Assembly (NCBI GenBank): GCA_019058315.1
Contig: JAHPZH010000001.1
Location: 945,432 to 1,009,431 of the forward strand
DNA: 64,000 bases
Direction of reading: 5' to 3'
From: Candidatus Helarchaeota archaeon
Lineage (GTDB): Archaea; Asgardarchaeota; Lokiarchaeia; Helarchaeales; RDOG01
Of the stretch, positions 47,405 through 58,900 are shown in pieces. The translations under genes and the position numbers were made by a program. The notes beneath the pieces are model-generated. The model searched no databases. It was not told the origin of the DNA and was given only the letters and a program-made list of their open reading frames with translations. Position 1 is the first letter of the stretch. Each line of letters begins with the position of its first letter.

Positions 47405-50400
47405 TTATTCGGATAACTCTGAAATTTTATTTTTAATATCTCTAAATGTCTGATAAAATAATTCATCAAAAAAGTCTTTTTCAAATTTACTATGAAGAGT
47501 ATTCCCTATATCTGCAAGTTCTTCTAGGATATCGTTATAATTTTCACGTAAAATATTAAAACTATGTGATAGGATTAAATTACCAAAATTTTCTTCTTTT
47601 TCTTCTAATTTTATTGAATCGAATAATATTCCGATAATATCTGTTTTATTTTCACTTTTCAATATGCTTTTTCCAAATATATTATCTAATTCATCTTCAG
47701 TTAGGGTCTCTGTCAGTGTAGAACTTAATTTTAATGGAAAGGAATAAATTGGAACACTATCTTGATAATTAATCTTTGAAATCAAGAAGGGTCTTAACGA
47801 TTCGTCATTAAGTACTTCTAAAATTAGCATTTTTCTTAAAGTCACTAATGATTCGACATTTATCTTAATTTCATCTAACTTTTCATTATAGTTTATTTTT
47901 TGATTTTTTACTTTTTGGTCAAGTTCAAAGGGAAGTAAATTTCTATCATCAAATATTAATGATCTAATGAAAATTTTATCACAAAGAGCAAAATAAGGTA
48001 TGTCAAATAACTTTTTATTCTTTTTCAACAACCTATTTTGGATTTCAGCTATAGTTTTTGCATCAGGATATTTCTTGGGGGTATATTTTAAGTATTTCTT
48101 TTGAATAACACTATTTAAGTTCTTTTCAAGTATATCAAATTCTTTTTCTGCACTCTTTCTGATATTCTTTTGCACTTTTAAATAGGTATTTTTAATTTTT
48201 TTAAGGTTTATATCCTTAAAATCGTCATCACTTTTTCCTTCCGGAAAAGCATAAAGAGCATCAACGTTGAATTTTTTTTCTTTAACCATAGAAATTAATT
48301 TTTCATTTAATTTATGTAGATCATAATATTCAAGAATAATTTCAAGATTTTTAATTGAGTTTAATTTAAAATTTTTGTTTTTTCTCCTCAATTCATTCGG
48401 AATTGTTGAAAAAGAATCCATAAAATAGGATTCGCTCTCTCCAATTATTTTAAATACTTCTCTTTTCATAATTTTAAATATCTCATCTAATTCTTTCCCC
48501 TCAATCAAACACTCAATGCAACTTGAACATTGGAAATTAGGAGGAATGAGTGGAAGAACTTTAGGGAAGTATATGGTTTTAAATTGAGAATTTTCAACTT
48601 CTGAAATTAAAGCTTTTAAAACATAAAAGTATTTTAAAATATTAATAAAAAATATCAATTGATCAAGAAAAATTTTCAGTAATTCACTAGAAGTAAAAAT
48701 GAAATTATTATTTTCTTCTTTGACAGATCCAAAAATTTCATTATAAATATCTAAATATATCATTAATAAAGAATTAAGAAAATCTTCTCTTACACTAGCT
48801 AAGCCCTCAGGAGTTGATTTAGGAATATTTTTAATAGTTTTTTCTATTAATGCAGATTGGAAAACTTCAATAAAAAAAGATTGATTTCCTTTTGTTAATT
48901 CTTTATCATTTATTTCATATTTTTTTAGTTCATTTAAAAATTCATTCTGTAAATTAGCTTTTTTAATTATATCAAAAAATGTATTAATTGCATGACTTTC
49001 AATAGGCTTATTTAAATAATTTTCGAGAAATAAAATCGCAAGATCTAAAAGTTTTCTTTGTTTTGCTTGTTTCCTATCAGTTTGTTTATCTAATTTTTCA
49101 ATTATATCTGAAAGAATACTTACAGGTCCAATCTCTTTAAAAAACAAATCTGAAAAATTTTTGAATTCGGTCATCAAAGATTTTTCTATTAAGCCAAAAT
49201 ATTCAGGATTGTTTATAAAAATCTCAATATTTTCATTAAAATCATCAAAAACTAAATTTATTGCATTTTGAATATAATTCATCTTTAGATCTTTAGAAAT
49301 TTCTTGAATTTTTTCATTTTGATCTATTAATTCCATATAAAGATCTGGAATTTTTTTCAATTCGCCCATAAGGTCTCCGAATTTCTTTTCAAAATGCATT
49401 TTTGTTTGGTTTAATACATGAATTTCAGTCAATGCAGAAATAAGATTATCAATTTCAGAAACATCTTGATGATTTCGAACGAGTTCTTCTTTTTCCTTTT
49501 CTAATTGTGATTTTATTTTCTTTATATTTAAGTCTTCTAATGAATTAGATAATTCAATATTATATTTTGATAAACTTTCTTGATTTAAACCTGTTGTTCT
49601 AAATTCTGCTTGATTTAATATCTTAATTTCTTCTTCGTTTAATTCTTTTATTGCCTCAATCATATCAATTTGTTCTAGATTAAATGAATGGTTAGAAATA
49701 TTAGATGTACCCAAAAATTCAGCGTTTAAACAAGTTATTGTAAATGTCAAATTTTCATGATATTTATTTAATTCATCTTTTAAATTTGGTAGGGAATTTA
49801 TTAATTGAAGAAATTTTTTCATGATTATTTTTTCTTTTTGCTCCCTAATTTCGTTTAGCACTTTAGTTTGTCCAATAAATTTATCAATATCATTTTCTAT
49901 CGATTTAATTATTTGTTTTTGTGCTTTTTCTGCCTCATAACTATTAAAAAAGATAATTGGTTCTATTTGCTTAAATTTTGTATAATAGACCCTTTTTATG
50001 ATTGAAGGAATTTTATTTTTTAATTCTTCTTTAAAATTTATTTTTAATTGTTCTGATGTGAACCAAGAATTATATCCCTCAGATATCCATCTTTTAATTG
50101 AATTTCTAAACACATTAATTACAGATTCTTGAGAGGGGACTCTAGTAGCTGAAAATTCCCCAATTAATTTCCGAATAAGAATTTGTTCACTTAATATCTC
50201 ACCGAATCGTCTGATTTTAGTTGTATCTTCATCTTTAATTTCTGGAGGACCTACATGAAAAACTGTAATTAATTCTGGAAATTTAGGGAATGGTATTTGC
50301 TGCCCTACATCTTTATAAATGTCATTTGCAAAGTTGAAACCTTCTAATAGATTGGAACTTGAATAAATTACCCTGCTTCCATCTTCTAAAATATCCCCTC

Positions 50401-50545
50401 CTTTTAATTTTATCTTAGTTGACAAAGCTTCTTCTGTTGCGGAGATTGAGCCACTAGTTAAACCTGAAAAAATTTCTTGGTCTGTCCAATTTAATGAAAT
50501 TAAATCCATGCCATTGTCTTTATCAATAACAGTAAGTTTTGTCAT
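47405..50545 (-). CDS. Large (1046 aa) mostly helical protein with a longin-like N-terminus
   Basis: Long intact ORF; LTVIDKDNGMDLIS...IFSGL start; coiled-coil-like middle region. Confidence 0.65.
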   Translation of the reverse strand: MTKLTVIDKDNGMDLISLNWTDQEIFSGLTSGSISATEEALSTKIKLKGGDILEDGSRVIYSSSNLLEGFNFANDIYKDVGQQIPFPKFPELITVFHVGPPEIKDEDTTKIRRFGEILSEQILIRKLIGEFSATRVPSQESVINVFRNSIKRWISEGYNSWFTSEQLKINFKEELKNKIPSIIKRVYYTKFKQIEPIIFFNSYEAEKAQKQIIKSIENDIDKFIGQTKVLNEIREQKEKIIMKKFLQLINSLPNLKDELNKYHENLTFTITCLNAEFLGTSNISNHSFNLEQIDMIEAIKELNEEEIKILNQAEFRTTGLNQESLSKYNIELSNSLEDLNIKKIKSQLEKEKEELVRNHQDVSEIDNLISALTEIHVLNQTKMHFEKKFGDLMGELKKIPDLYMELIDQNEKIQEISKDLKMNYIQNAINLVFDDFNENIEIFINNPEYFGLIEKSLMTEFKNFSDLFFKEIGPVSILSDIIEKLDKQTDRKQAKQRKLLDLAILFLENYLNKPIESHAINTFFDIIKKANLQNEFLNELKKYEINDKELTKGNQSFFIEVFQSALIEKTIKNIPKSTPEGLASVREDFLNSLLMIYLDIYNEIFGSVKEENNNFIFTSSELLKIFLDQLIFFINILKYFYVLKALISEVENSQFKTIYFPKVLPLIPPNFQCSSCIECLIEGKELDEIFKIMKREVFKIIGESESYFMDSFSTIPNELRRKNKNFKLNSIKNLEIILEYYDLHKLNEKLISMVKEKKFNVDALYAFPEGKSDDDFKDINLKKIKNTYLKVQKNIRKSAEKEFDILEKNLNSVIQKKYLKYTPKKYPDAKTIAEIQNRLLKKNKKLFDIPYFALCDKIFIRSLIFDDRNLLPFELDQKVKNQKINYNEKLDEIKINVESLVTLRKMLILEVLNDESLRPFLISKINYQDSVPIYSFPLKLSSTLTETLTEDELDNIFGKSILKSENKTDIIGILFDSIKLEEKEENFGNLILSHSFNILRENYNDILEELADIGNTLHSKFEKDFFDELFYQTFRDIKNKISELSE

Positions 50546-50826
50546 CTAAATCAACGTGCTATAGAGATTTTCTAGCCATTTAATTATTCTTTTTTATAAT
50601 ATTAATTACATAATCTTCAAAATATAATTCAATTTTTAAATAAATTCGCGACAATACAATTTTGGAGATGTTTTTCTACTCTAATTCAATTGTAATGTTT
50701 CAAATAATTTAAAGTTTTTTAGAAATCTTATTAACAGTTTTTTTAGATTATCTTTAAAACATATAATTAAATTTTTATTCAAATTCCTATCATCTTTCAA
50801 TTATTATATAATGGAGAAAAATAACG

Positions 50827-52086
50827 ATGAGTGAAAACTATTATCCTCTTGAAAATGTATTATCATCTGAAGAAGAAAACAAATTTAGAAAAGAAGTCCG
50901 CGAATGGGTATTAAATGAAGTATTACCAGAATCTGATCGCATAGAACATGAAAAGTTATTCCCCAGACATCTATTTAAAAAAATGGGTGAAAGAGGTTAT
51001 TTAAAAGCTCTATTTCCAAAATCAGTCGGAGGAACAGAATTAGGAATCAAATACGGTTTTATTTTATGTGAAGAGATTTCATGGGCATGTAGACCTCTAG
51101 TTGCAGCTTTCGATTGCACAATTTTTGGCTCAATTCCAATTATGCGTTTTGGAACACCTGAACAAATTAAGAAATATCTTCCTGGTGCAATAAATGGAGA
51201 TAAAATAGGTGCAATTGGTATGACCGAACCCAATGCTGGGTCAGATGTGTTTTCAATGAAAACTTATGCAAAAAAAGATTCCAATGGCGATTATATTATT
51301 AATGGAGAGAAGAGATTTATCACAAATGGTTCTCAAGCAGATTTTTTAACTCTTTGGTGTTTGACTGATACAAACGTAAAACCTCACCTAGGGATGAGTG
51401 CATTTATTATAGAACCTTCATTTCAGGGATTTGAAATCGTAGGAGATTTCGAATTAATGGGCTGCCACGGTTTAAAAAATACATATATGCGGTTCAATAA
51501 TATGAAGGTTCCAAAAGAGAATTTAATAGGGCTCAAAGAAGGATTAGGAGCGAAAATTCTCTTAGATGAACTTGATAGTGAACGCACTTTGGCAGCCTCG
51601 TCCGCTTGTGGGGGAGCTAGAAGGGCTATAGAAATTGCAGCAAAACATGCTAATGAGAGAAAACAATTTAAAAAAGCATTAAAAAGCTTTGAATGGGTCA
51701 GTTTTACAATTGCAGATATGGCAATTAGATTAGAGGCTGCAAGAAACCTGACATATCAAGCAGCTTGTGTTATTGACGCTGGAAAAGATGCAAGTAAAAT
51801 TGCGGCGATTGCTAAAGTTTATTCAACAGATATTGGTTTCGAATGTGCTAACCTTGCTTTACAGATTTGCGGTGGTTTGGGTTATATGAAAGGAGAATAC
51901 AATAAAGACGCAGGTTCTTATCTTAATCCAAATGGTAGTCCTGCTTATGTAATAGAAAGAGTTTTTCGAGCTACGAGATTAAGTTCAATTACAGCAGGTA
52001 CTAATCAAATATTAAGATACTTGATACAAAGGGAAGTCTTTAAAGAAATGAATCTAAAAACACCAGAAGAAAGTCAAAATTGGTAA
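50827..52086 (+). CDS. Acyl-CoA dehydrogenase
   Basis: GMTEPNAGSD, INGEKRFITNG, RKQF, ALQICGGLGY, ITAGTNQI. Confidence 0.95.
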   Translation: MSENYYPLENVLSSEEENKFRKEVREWVLNEVLPESDRIEHEKLFPRHLFKKMGERGYLKALFPKSVGGTELGIKYGFILCEEISWACRPLVAAFDCTIFGSIPIMRFGTPEQIKKYLPGAINGDKIGAIGMTEPNAGSDVFSMKTYAKKDSNGDYIINGEKRFITNGSQADFLTLWCLTDTNVKPHLGMSAFIIEPSFQGFEIVGDFELMGCHGLKNTYMRFNNMKVPKENLIGLKEGLGAKILLDELDSERTLAASSACGGARRAIEIAAKHANERKQFKKALKSFEWVSFTIADMAIRLEAARNLTYQAACVIDAGKDASKIAAIAKVYSTDIGFECANLALQICGGLGYMKGEYNKDAGSYLNPNGSPAYVIERVFRATRLSSITAGTNQILRYLIQREVFKEMNLKTPEESQNW

Positions 52087-52264
52087 ATTGAATCTAGTAT
52101 TAAAATTAATTTATAATTTTTTTATTTTATTCCTTAAATGAATCCACTTGCCTTTTAAAATTCTAATATGAATAAAATAATTAAAGATCCTTTTTTTATT
52201 ATATAATTGACTATTAGATTCATTGATAAATGAATAAAAGGATTGACTGGGCGTTTAGTTATCA

Positions 52265-53413
52265 ATGGTTGATATTGATGAGCGAATTGCAGAATTAAAA
52301 GAAAGATTAAGACAAACCACTCCAAATAAAGCAACTATGAGATCGATATGCCAGATTAAGGCGCAAATAGCTAAGTTGGAGCGAAGAAGGCAAGATAGAA
52401 TCTTCGGTGGGATTGGAAAAGCCTCTGGAACCGGGACCTATGATGTTAAAAAAAGTGGTGATTCCTCTGTTGCTTTAGTGGGGTTTCCATCTGTGGGAAA
52501 AAGCACTTTATTAAACCAACTTACAAATGCTAAAAGCAAAGTTGCTGCTTATGAATTTACTACTTTAAGTGCAATTCCAGGATTAATGGAATATAAACAT
52601 GCCAGAATTATGGTTATAGATCTTCCAGGAATTATTCGAGGTGCAGCACACGGTAAAGGTTTTGGAAAGCGGGTTCTTTCAGTTGCAAAAACCTCAAATT
52701 TGATCCTTATTATGCTAGACATTTGGAATATGCCCCATTTACAATATCGCATGATTCTGGAAGAATTATACAATGTTGGGATACGATTGGATAAATTTCC
52801 CCCCTTAATTAAAATTACACCTTTAAAATCTGGAGGAATTTCTCTTGGATCAACTGTACAACTTAAATCATTGGATCTTGAATTAGCTAAAGAAATATGT
52901 AAAGAATTCCGAATTATAAATGCACAAATTATTGCTCATCAAGACATCACACCTGATGATCTAATTGACCATTTAAATGGTAATTGCGCCTATATACCTT
53001 CAATAATAGTATGTAACAAAATGGATGTTGCTACTCCTGAACAAGAAGAATTCCTTAAAGAATTAGAAAAAGAAGGACATCAAATAATCAGAATTTCAGC
53101 GGAGACCGGAATGAATTTGGGTTTGTTAAGAGAGGAAATATTTCATAAACTAGATCTGATACGAATTTATCTTAAACCAAAGGGAGAAAAAGCAGATTTA
53201 ATTGAACCTCTAATTGTTCCAAGAGATTCGAAAGTAGGTCAGGTTGCGGGAAAAATTCATCGAGATTTTGTAGATCGTTTCCGATATGCTTTTGTCCAAC
53301 ATGCAATAAAAAATGATGAAAATGTTCGTCCTATAGTAGAAAAACGAAAATGGAAAGTTGGATTAGATTATGTTTTACAAGATTACGATGTTCTGCAAAT
53401 CAATATCAAATAG
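52265..53413 (+). CDS. drg: DRG/Rbg-family OBG GTPase with a TGS domain
   Basis: VKKSGD, GFPSVGKS, YEFTTL, DLPGII, NKMD; C-terminal TGS. Confidence 0.92.
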   Translation: MVDIDERIAELKERLRQTTPNKATMRSICQIKAQIAKLERRRQDRIFGGIGKASGTGTYDVKKSGDSSVALVGFPSVGKSTLLNQLTNAKSKVAAYEFTTLSAIPGLMEYKHARIMVIDLPGIIRGAAHGKGFGKRVLSVAKTSNLILIMLDIWNMPHLQYRMILEELYNVGIRLDKFPPLIKITPLKSGGISLGSTVQLKSLDLELAKEICKEFRIINAQIIAHQDITPDDLIDHLNGNCAYIPSIIVCNKMDVATPEQEEFLKELEKEGHQIIRISAETGMNLGLLREEIFHKLDLIRIYLKPKGEKADLIEPLIVPRDSKVGQVAGKIHRDFVDRFRYAFVQHAIKNDENVRPIVEKRKWKVGLDYVLQDYDVLQINIK

Positions 53414-53569
53414 ATGAATTTTGATCCATTTAGGTTAAATCATATATTTTTAATATAATGCAATAAAAATAAAATGATAAATAATATCTCATATATATGT
53501 AGTAATAAAGTAATTATATAATTAAATAATAATTCAAAATTTCAATTATTAATTAAGGAAGTAGTAGTT

Positions 53570-54262
53570 ATGGACTTATATGATATTTATGTTATTTACA
53601 AAGGAGGGCAGACAATATTCCATAAGAACTTCAGTACTGTAAAAGTTGATCCTGACCTTGTAACTGCGTTCCTTACAGCAGTTACCAATTTCTCCCAAGA
53701 AGTTCTACCTACTGGAGACCCTCTTCGAATTATTGAAAAAGGTTATTCAAAAATTATAATGTCATATGAAGCATTAATAATGAGCGCTTTAATATGCGGA
53801 TCAAATAATCCAGAGGATGTCGAACAATTAAAAGTAAGAATAGATGATATTGTAAAGGAACTACAAGCACAATATTATCCTATTCTTCGTAATTGGGGAG
53901 GAAAAACTTCAGACTTTATGGGTATGGGGGATGTTATTGATGACCATCTAAAAGATATTCTTAGAATTGCACTCCCTCCACCTTTGGAATTAATGTTCTC
54001 TACTCCTGATAAATTCACATTTACAATTGATGAGAGGGGTCTGAATCTATACAATTCATATTTGAGAAATAATAAGGGCTTTAATGCCTTTTTAGGAAAA
54101 CTGGGATTAGAAATCTCTTGGGTAGATAGAGCTTTAAATGCTTTGAGATCGGGAAAGGTCGGTTTACCGGATTTAGCAAATAAATTAGGCTTGGATTTAC
54201 AAATAACCATCGTTTTAATTAGAGATCTTAAACTACGTGGCTTATTGCTTATGGCATTATAA
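53570..54262 (+). CDS. Longin-like domain protein with a C-terminal winged helix
   Basis: IYVIYKGGQTIF...DPDLVTAFLTAVxNFSQE longin-type opening; LPDLANKLG...IRDLKLRGLL wHTH. Confidence 0.72.
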   Translation: MDLYDIYVIYKGGQTIFHKNFSTVKVDPDLVTAFLTAVTNFSQEVLPTGDPLRIIEKGYSKIIMSYEALIMSALICGSNNPEDVEQLKVRIDDIVKELQAQYYPILRNWGGKTSDFMGMGDVIDDHLKDILRIALPPPLELMFSTPDKFTFTIDERGLNLYNSYLRNNKGFNAFLGKLGLEISWVDRALNALRSGKVGLPDLANKLGLDLQITIVLIRDLKLRGLLLMAL

Positions 54263-54410
54263 AAATATAAAATTTTTAAGTTCAAAACATAAGACTTGCT
54301 TATAAAGATAGTTTTATCTTAAAAATGATATATTTAATATTGAAAAATTCGAAATTTATTTTAATTAAATTCATAATATATTTACAGCATAATATAAAAT
54401 AATTCAAAAT

Positions 54411-55448
54411 TTGGGACATAAAAAAAATTTAGGTATAGGCGTACCCTCTATGTCTGATGATTCTTTAAACCTCGAGTACGTGGCAGACGGTTTAAGATGG
54501 TTGATGAGAAGATTATATCTAAAAATCGCTAAAGATGAAAAATTAGATGAATATTTAAAAACTCCAAGAAGATTCATTGAAATTTTTGCGGCAAAAGGGT
54601 ATAAAAACTTAGGATTATCCGAAGCTTTTTTTAATTATCTTGCAGAATTAGATATTCTTAAACTAGAGGATGAGAAATATGAATGGGATCCTAAGTCAGA
54701 TTCACCATCAAGAAAAATGAGGACAATTGTTGAAAAGGAAGCTATTGCTCAGAAAATGGTTCAGGAAAAAGCAATGGCATTATACGGTATACTAAAAAAA
54801 TTCTCAGAAGGTTTTGTCCAAGTTTTAAAAGGAGAACGGGGAGACCGGGATCACGAATTAGCAATTTGGGATTCTTTATATGTATCGGATCTCTATACAT
54901 ATCTACGAAACGAAGCAATTAAAAGAGCAGGATTTAAAAAAGGTGGGACTTATATAGATCTGGGTTGCAGATCTGGTTGGAGCACAATTAGTCTCTTGGA
55001 AATTTTGCATCCTGAAAAAATTATCGCAATAGATCCCTCGGAAATTATGCTTGAATTGGCTTATGAAAATATACTATCTATGGGCTATAAAGGTAAAGTT
55101 CAACTAGTTCTTGCAGATATTAAAAAACCTATTCAACTTACAGAAAATGTCGATGGAATCTTTGCTAATCTCATTTTTAATAGATTTGAATCTACTGAAA
55201 TAATAGATATTTTGTTTAATATAGCTCCTTTATTAGATAATGAAGGAATATTTGCTGGTCTACAACCTGTTAAAGCAAGCGATACGATAAATTTTGCAGA
55301 ATTAATGCTTTACGCAGATAGCGAATTTAAAGGTTACCCGTCCTTTAATACTATCTATAGGGCCTTTGAAAAAGCAGGATTTGAAGAATTAAAAATTGAA
55401 AAATCAATGTTCTTTAAGGCTAAAATTAAAAAAGAGAAGAAAAAATAA
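54411..55448 (+). CDS. Class I SAM-dependent methyltransferase (start may be ATG 54450)
   Basis: YIDLGCRSG motif I, AIDPSEIML, VDGIF, LLxxEG. Confidence 0.85.
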   Translation: MGHKKNLGIGVPSMSDDSLNLEYVADGLRWLMRRLYLKIAKDEKLDEYLKTPRRFIEIFAAKGYKNLGLSEAFFNYLAELDILKLEDEKYEWDPKSDSPSRKMRTIVEKEAIAQKMVQEKAMALYGILKKFSEGFVQVLKGERGDRDHELAIWDSLYVSDLYTYLRNEAIKRAGFKKGGTYIDLGCRSGWSTISLLEILHPEKIIAIDPSEIMLELAYENILSMGYKGKVQLVLADIKKPIQLTENVDGIFANLIFNRFESTEIIDILFNIAPLLDNEGIFAGLQPVKASDTINFAELMLYADSEFKGYPSFNTIYRAFEKAGFEELKIEKSMFFKAKIKKEKKK

Positions 55449-55530
55449 ATCTTTTTTTTGAAAATCAATTTGATATAAATTTTCATTTAAATTTGTACTT
55501 AGTGCTATTGTACAAAAAAGAATAAAATAT

Positions 55531-55875
55531 TTAAAGTGGTAGGGGGATTATTTGCTCTAATTGCATTTCTCTAATAGAATCGTCCGAAAACTGATAGAAT
55601 ATTTTCCTACTTTTCTGGGTTATTTCACTTTCAGTCTCTACATAACTGCAGATCTCTTGCTTTTCCCACTTTCTTAAAATCTGCTTAATCATTTGATGAT
55701 ATATTCGATAATAACTCTTTGGCTTTTTTAATCTTGTTAGAACAACCTTGGCTAATTGTGAACTTGGAAATACATTACTATTCCATTTCTGGTAAACTTC
55801 GATAATATAGTCTCGGATGATTTCTATAACTATTGGATTGATTTTGATTTGTCTTTTTCTTCCTCGAGGTGACAT
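55531..55875 (-). CDS. Basic hypothetical protein, winged-helix-like
   Basis: FPSSQLAK...IKQILRKWEKQEI...YQF helix-helix-wing pattern. Confidence 0.6.
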   Translation of the reverse strand: MSPRGRKRQIKINPIVIEIIRDYIIEVYQKWNSNVFPSSQLAKVVLTRLKKPKSYYRIYHQMIKQILRKWEKQEICSYVETESEITQKSRKIFYQFSDDSIREMQLEQIIPLPL

Positions 55876-55912
55876 TTCTATCTATATCTTATTATCATTT
55901 ACATATAAAAAA

Positions 55913-58900
55913 TTATACTGGAAGAGGGATTAGCTCTTCTTGTTTATAACCAAGTTTCTTTGCCATGTCTGCAGGTCCTCGTCTTGCTATTGCTATTGAA
56001 ACAACCACAACTCCCGCAACAGCACCAATAAGTATATAAATGATCCATGTCTGGTCTTCTCCACCAAGTATAGGTGGAATGAAAGGTGGCTCTTCTTTAG
56101 GTGCAAATGTAACTACTGTGCGTGCTGATTGAGTACCATTTTGGTATTTTTCATCATATGGTGCAATCCAATAATAATAGGTAAGATAATTTGTAACAGG
56201 TAGACCAGAATCGAAATAGAAATTTTCAGTTGTGTTATCAATCCAAGTAGCATTTGGAAAATAATCTTCAATACCTCTATATATACGATATCCAGCAACG
56301 TCATAAGAATCAAGTGTCGCAGTCCAAGTTAGGTTAACGGAATCAGCACCAATTAAAGTATGGGAAAATCCTACACCACCAACAAAATTTGGTGGGGTTA
56401 TATCAATAATTTGGATTGAATCATACTCCCTTTCAGTTGAATTATCACCAGTCGAATTCCTTCCAATGACTGTATAATAGTAAATACCATCATCAACTCC
56501 CCTATCCCAATAATCAGTAGATGGTGCAGATACTGTTGCTATCAAGTTTGCTGCGTTGGGAGTGAATCCAGAGATGTTACTACGGTGAATATCATATTCA
56601 ATAGGGGTCCAATATATTGAAGTTGTCCATTCAATATGGATATCACCATCTTGATCCGGCAAAATAGGATTTGAAATATTAAGAGCTCTAATATTAATAA
56701 AAGTATCATCTCTATTAAATACAAAGGTATAAGAAGCCGAGTTATCTACGGTGTCATTGAGATATATGTCAATATAATTCAAGCCGAATATCAATTCGGG
56801 ATATAATGCGTCCAGGATTGTTATACTTAAAGAATACTCTTTAAGACGTATATTAGTTCCACTTGTATGATTGGTATAATCATTAATGCTAAACCAAACA
56901 GAATCCACCAACCAATTATCATAAGCAGTGAAATCTATTGTATCACCTGGTCCCTGCCATGTCCAAATGACGGAATTATTTGTATGGCTTGTCAGATTTA
57001 ATTTTGGGGGTTGAGATATCAAATTCCAAGTTATATTGACAATAAACATTTCAGGATTACCAAAATCGTTCTTTGAATCATTATACGAAATTCTAATCGT
57101 AGCTCCTTCAGTCACATTTAAAAGATCAAGAGCATCGTTCGTGCCGGAGGTGGTTAAATTAAAAGTACCTGTGAAAATATCAGTATTTAGACCTGATTCG
57201 GTAAGATTGACAAGAATGAAATCAGAACCGCTAGAAACATTTATTGTGACAGTCTGAACTGATAAATCATCTTTGTTTAAGTCCAAATCTGTAATGTTTA
57301 CATAAACGGTGACATTTTCCTGAGTATATTCTTCTAAATCAGTTACAACAATACCATCTTCGGGTCCCGATATTAAAATAAATACCACAGCTGATTCTCC
57401 ACTTTCTTGTGTTTTCTCGTCATATGCTGTTATCCAATAGAAATAAGGTCCACTACTTAAACCACTACTAGAATTTGAGTCTAGATATGTTAATGCGGTC
57501 ACGTTGTCAATCCAAGAACTTAGCATAAAATTATTTACAATACCTCGGTAGATATTAAACCCAGCCACATCATAGGAATCTGTCGAATTAGCCCAATTAA
57601 GACGGGAATTTTCTGCACCAACTGGAGTACCGGTAAACCCTGGTGAAATCCAGGTCGGTGGAGTTGTATCGATGATTGTTATTGATCGATTTTCCCAATG
57701 AGTTGAATTATCAGTTCCATTAAATCCAATAATTATATAATAGTGAATTCCATCGACAGTTCCATTATCTAAGAAATACATATCACTTATTCCTTGTGCT
57801 ATTCGGTTTGTGGCATTAGGAGTGAAATTCGCGGTGGTACTGCGGTAAATATCAAAGCTAATAGGATTCCATGAGGGCGAAGAGTTCCATTCAATGTGGA
57901 CATTGCCATCCGCATCTGGTTCAATATTTGTTTGATTAAGTGGTCTAATTCTAATTAGAGTGTCATCAATAGTAAATGCAAATGTTGCAAAAGTAACATT
58001 ATTTACGAAACCCACGGTGTCATTAGCAAAAATTTCAATATAATTTGATCCATATGTCCAGTCGGGAGCTGATAAATTAACTTGTATTCCAAATGAATAT
58101 TGATCGAATGGTATTGCAGTAGCATATGTCACATTATTACCACCATTAACTCTATACCAAACAGAATCTACCCGTGCATTGTCAGTTGCAGTGAAATATA
58201 GTAAATCTAAGTTCCAAATAATAGAATTATTTGCAGGATTGTCTAGAGCAATTGTTGGGGGACTTACATCTATACTCCAAGTTATATTGGCAGATTTGCT
58301 TTCAATTAAACCACTGCTATTCATTATATCTAAATAATAAATGAGAATATTAATTCCGCCTGTCACGTTCAACTCGTCAGCTGAATCATTAGTACCAGTG
58401 GTTACCAACGAAAAATTGCCTATAAAAACATTTCTATTAGGATTGGATTCAAAACAAATAATATTAATTTCGTCAGTTGTGGTATTGGCAATTATTGTTA
58501 TATTCTGAATTGATAAATCGTTCTTGTTTAAGTCCAAATCTGTAACGTTAACATAAACAATAACTCCATCACCAAAATACTCTGGTTTATCAGTGACAAT
58601 GACACCATCACCATGTGGGGGCATATCAACATCTCTGCTTGGTAATGATGGTCCACTTGCTTGCTCTTTCTCGTCATATGCTGTTATCCAATAATAATAA
58701 GTTGTTGAAACATTTAAACCTGTGTCCAAATATGTCAATTCGGTCACATTGGCAATCCATTCGCTTGTACCTACACTATCTACTATAGATCGGTTGATTG
58801 AAAATCCAGCTACATCATATGAATCTGTCGAATTGGTCCAAATAAGACGTGCCTGTTCTGCACCAACTGATGTAACGGTAAAAGTTAGTTCGCCTAGATT

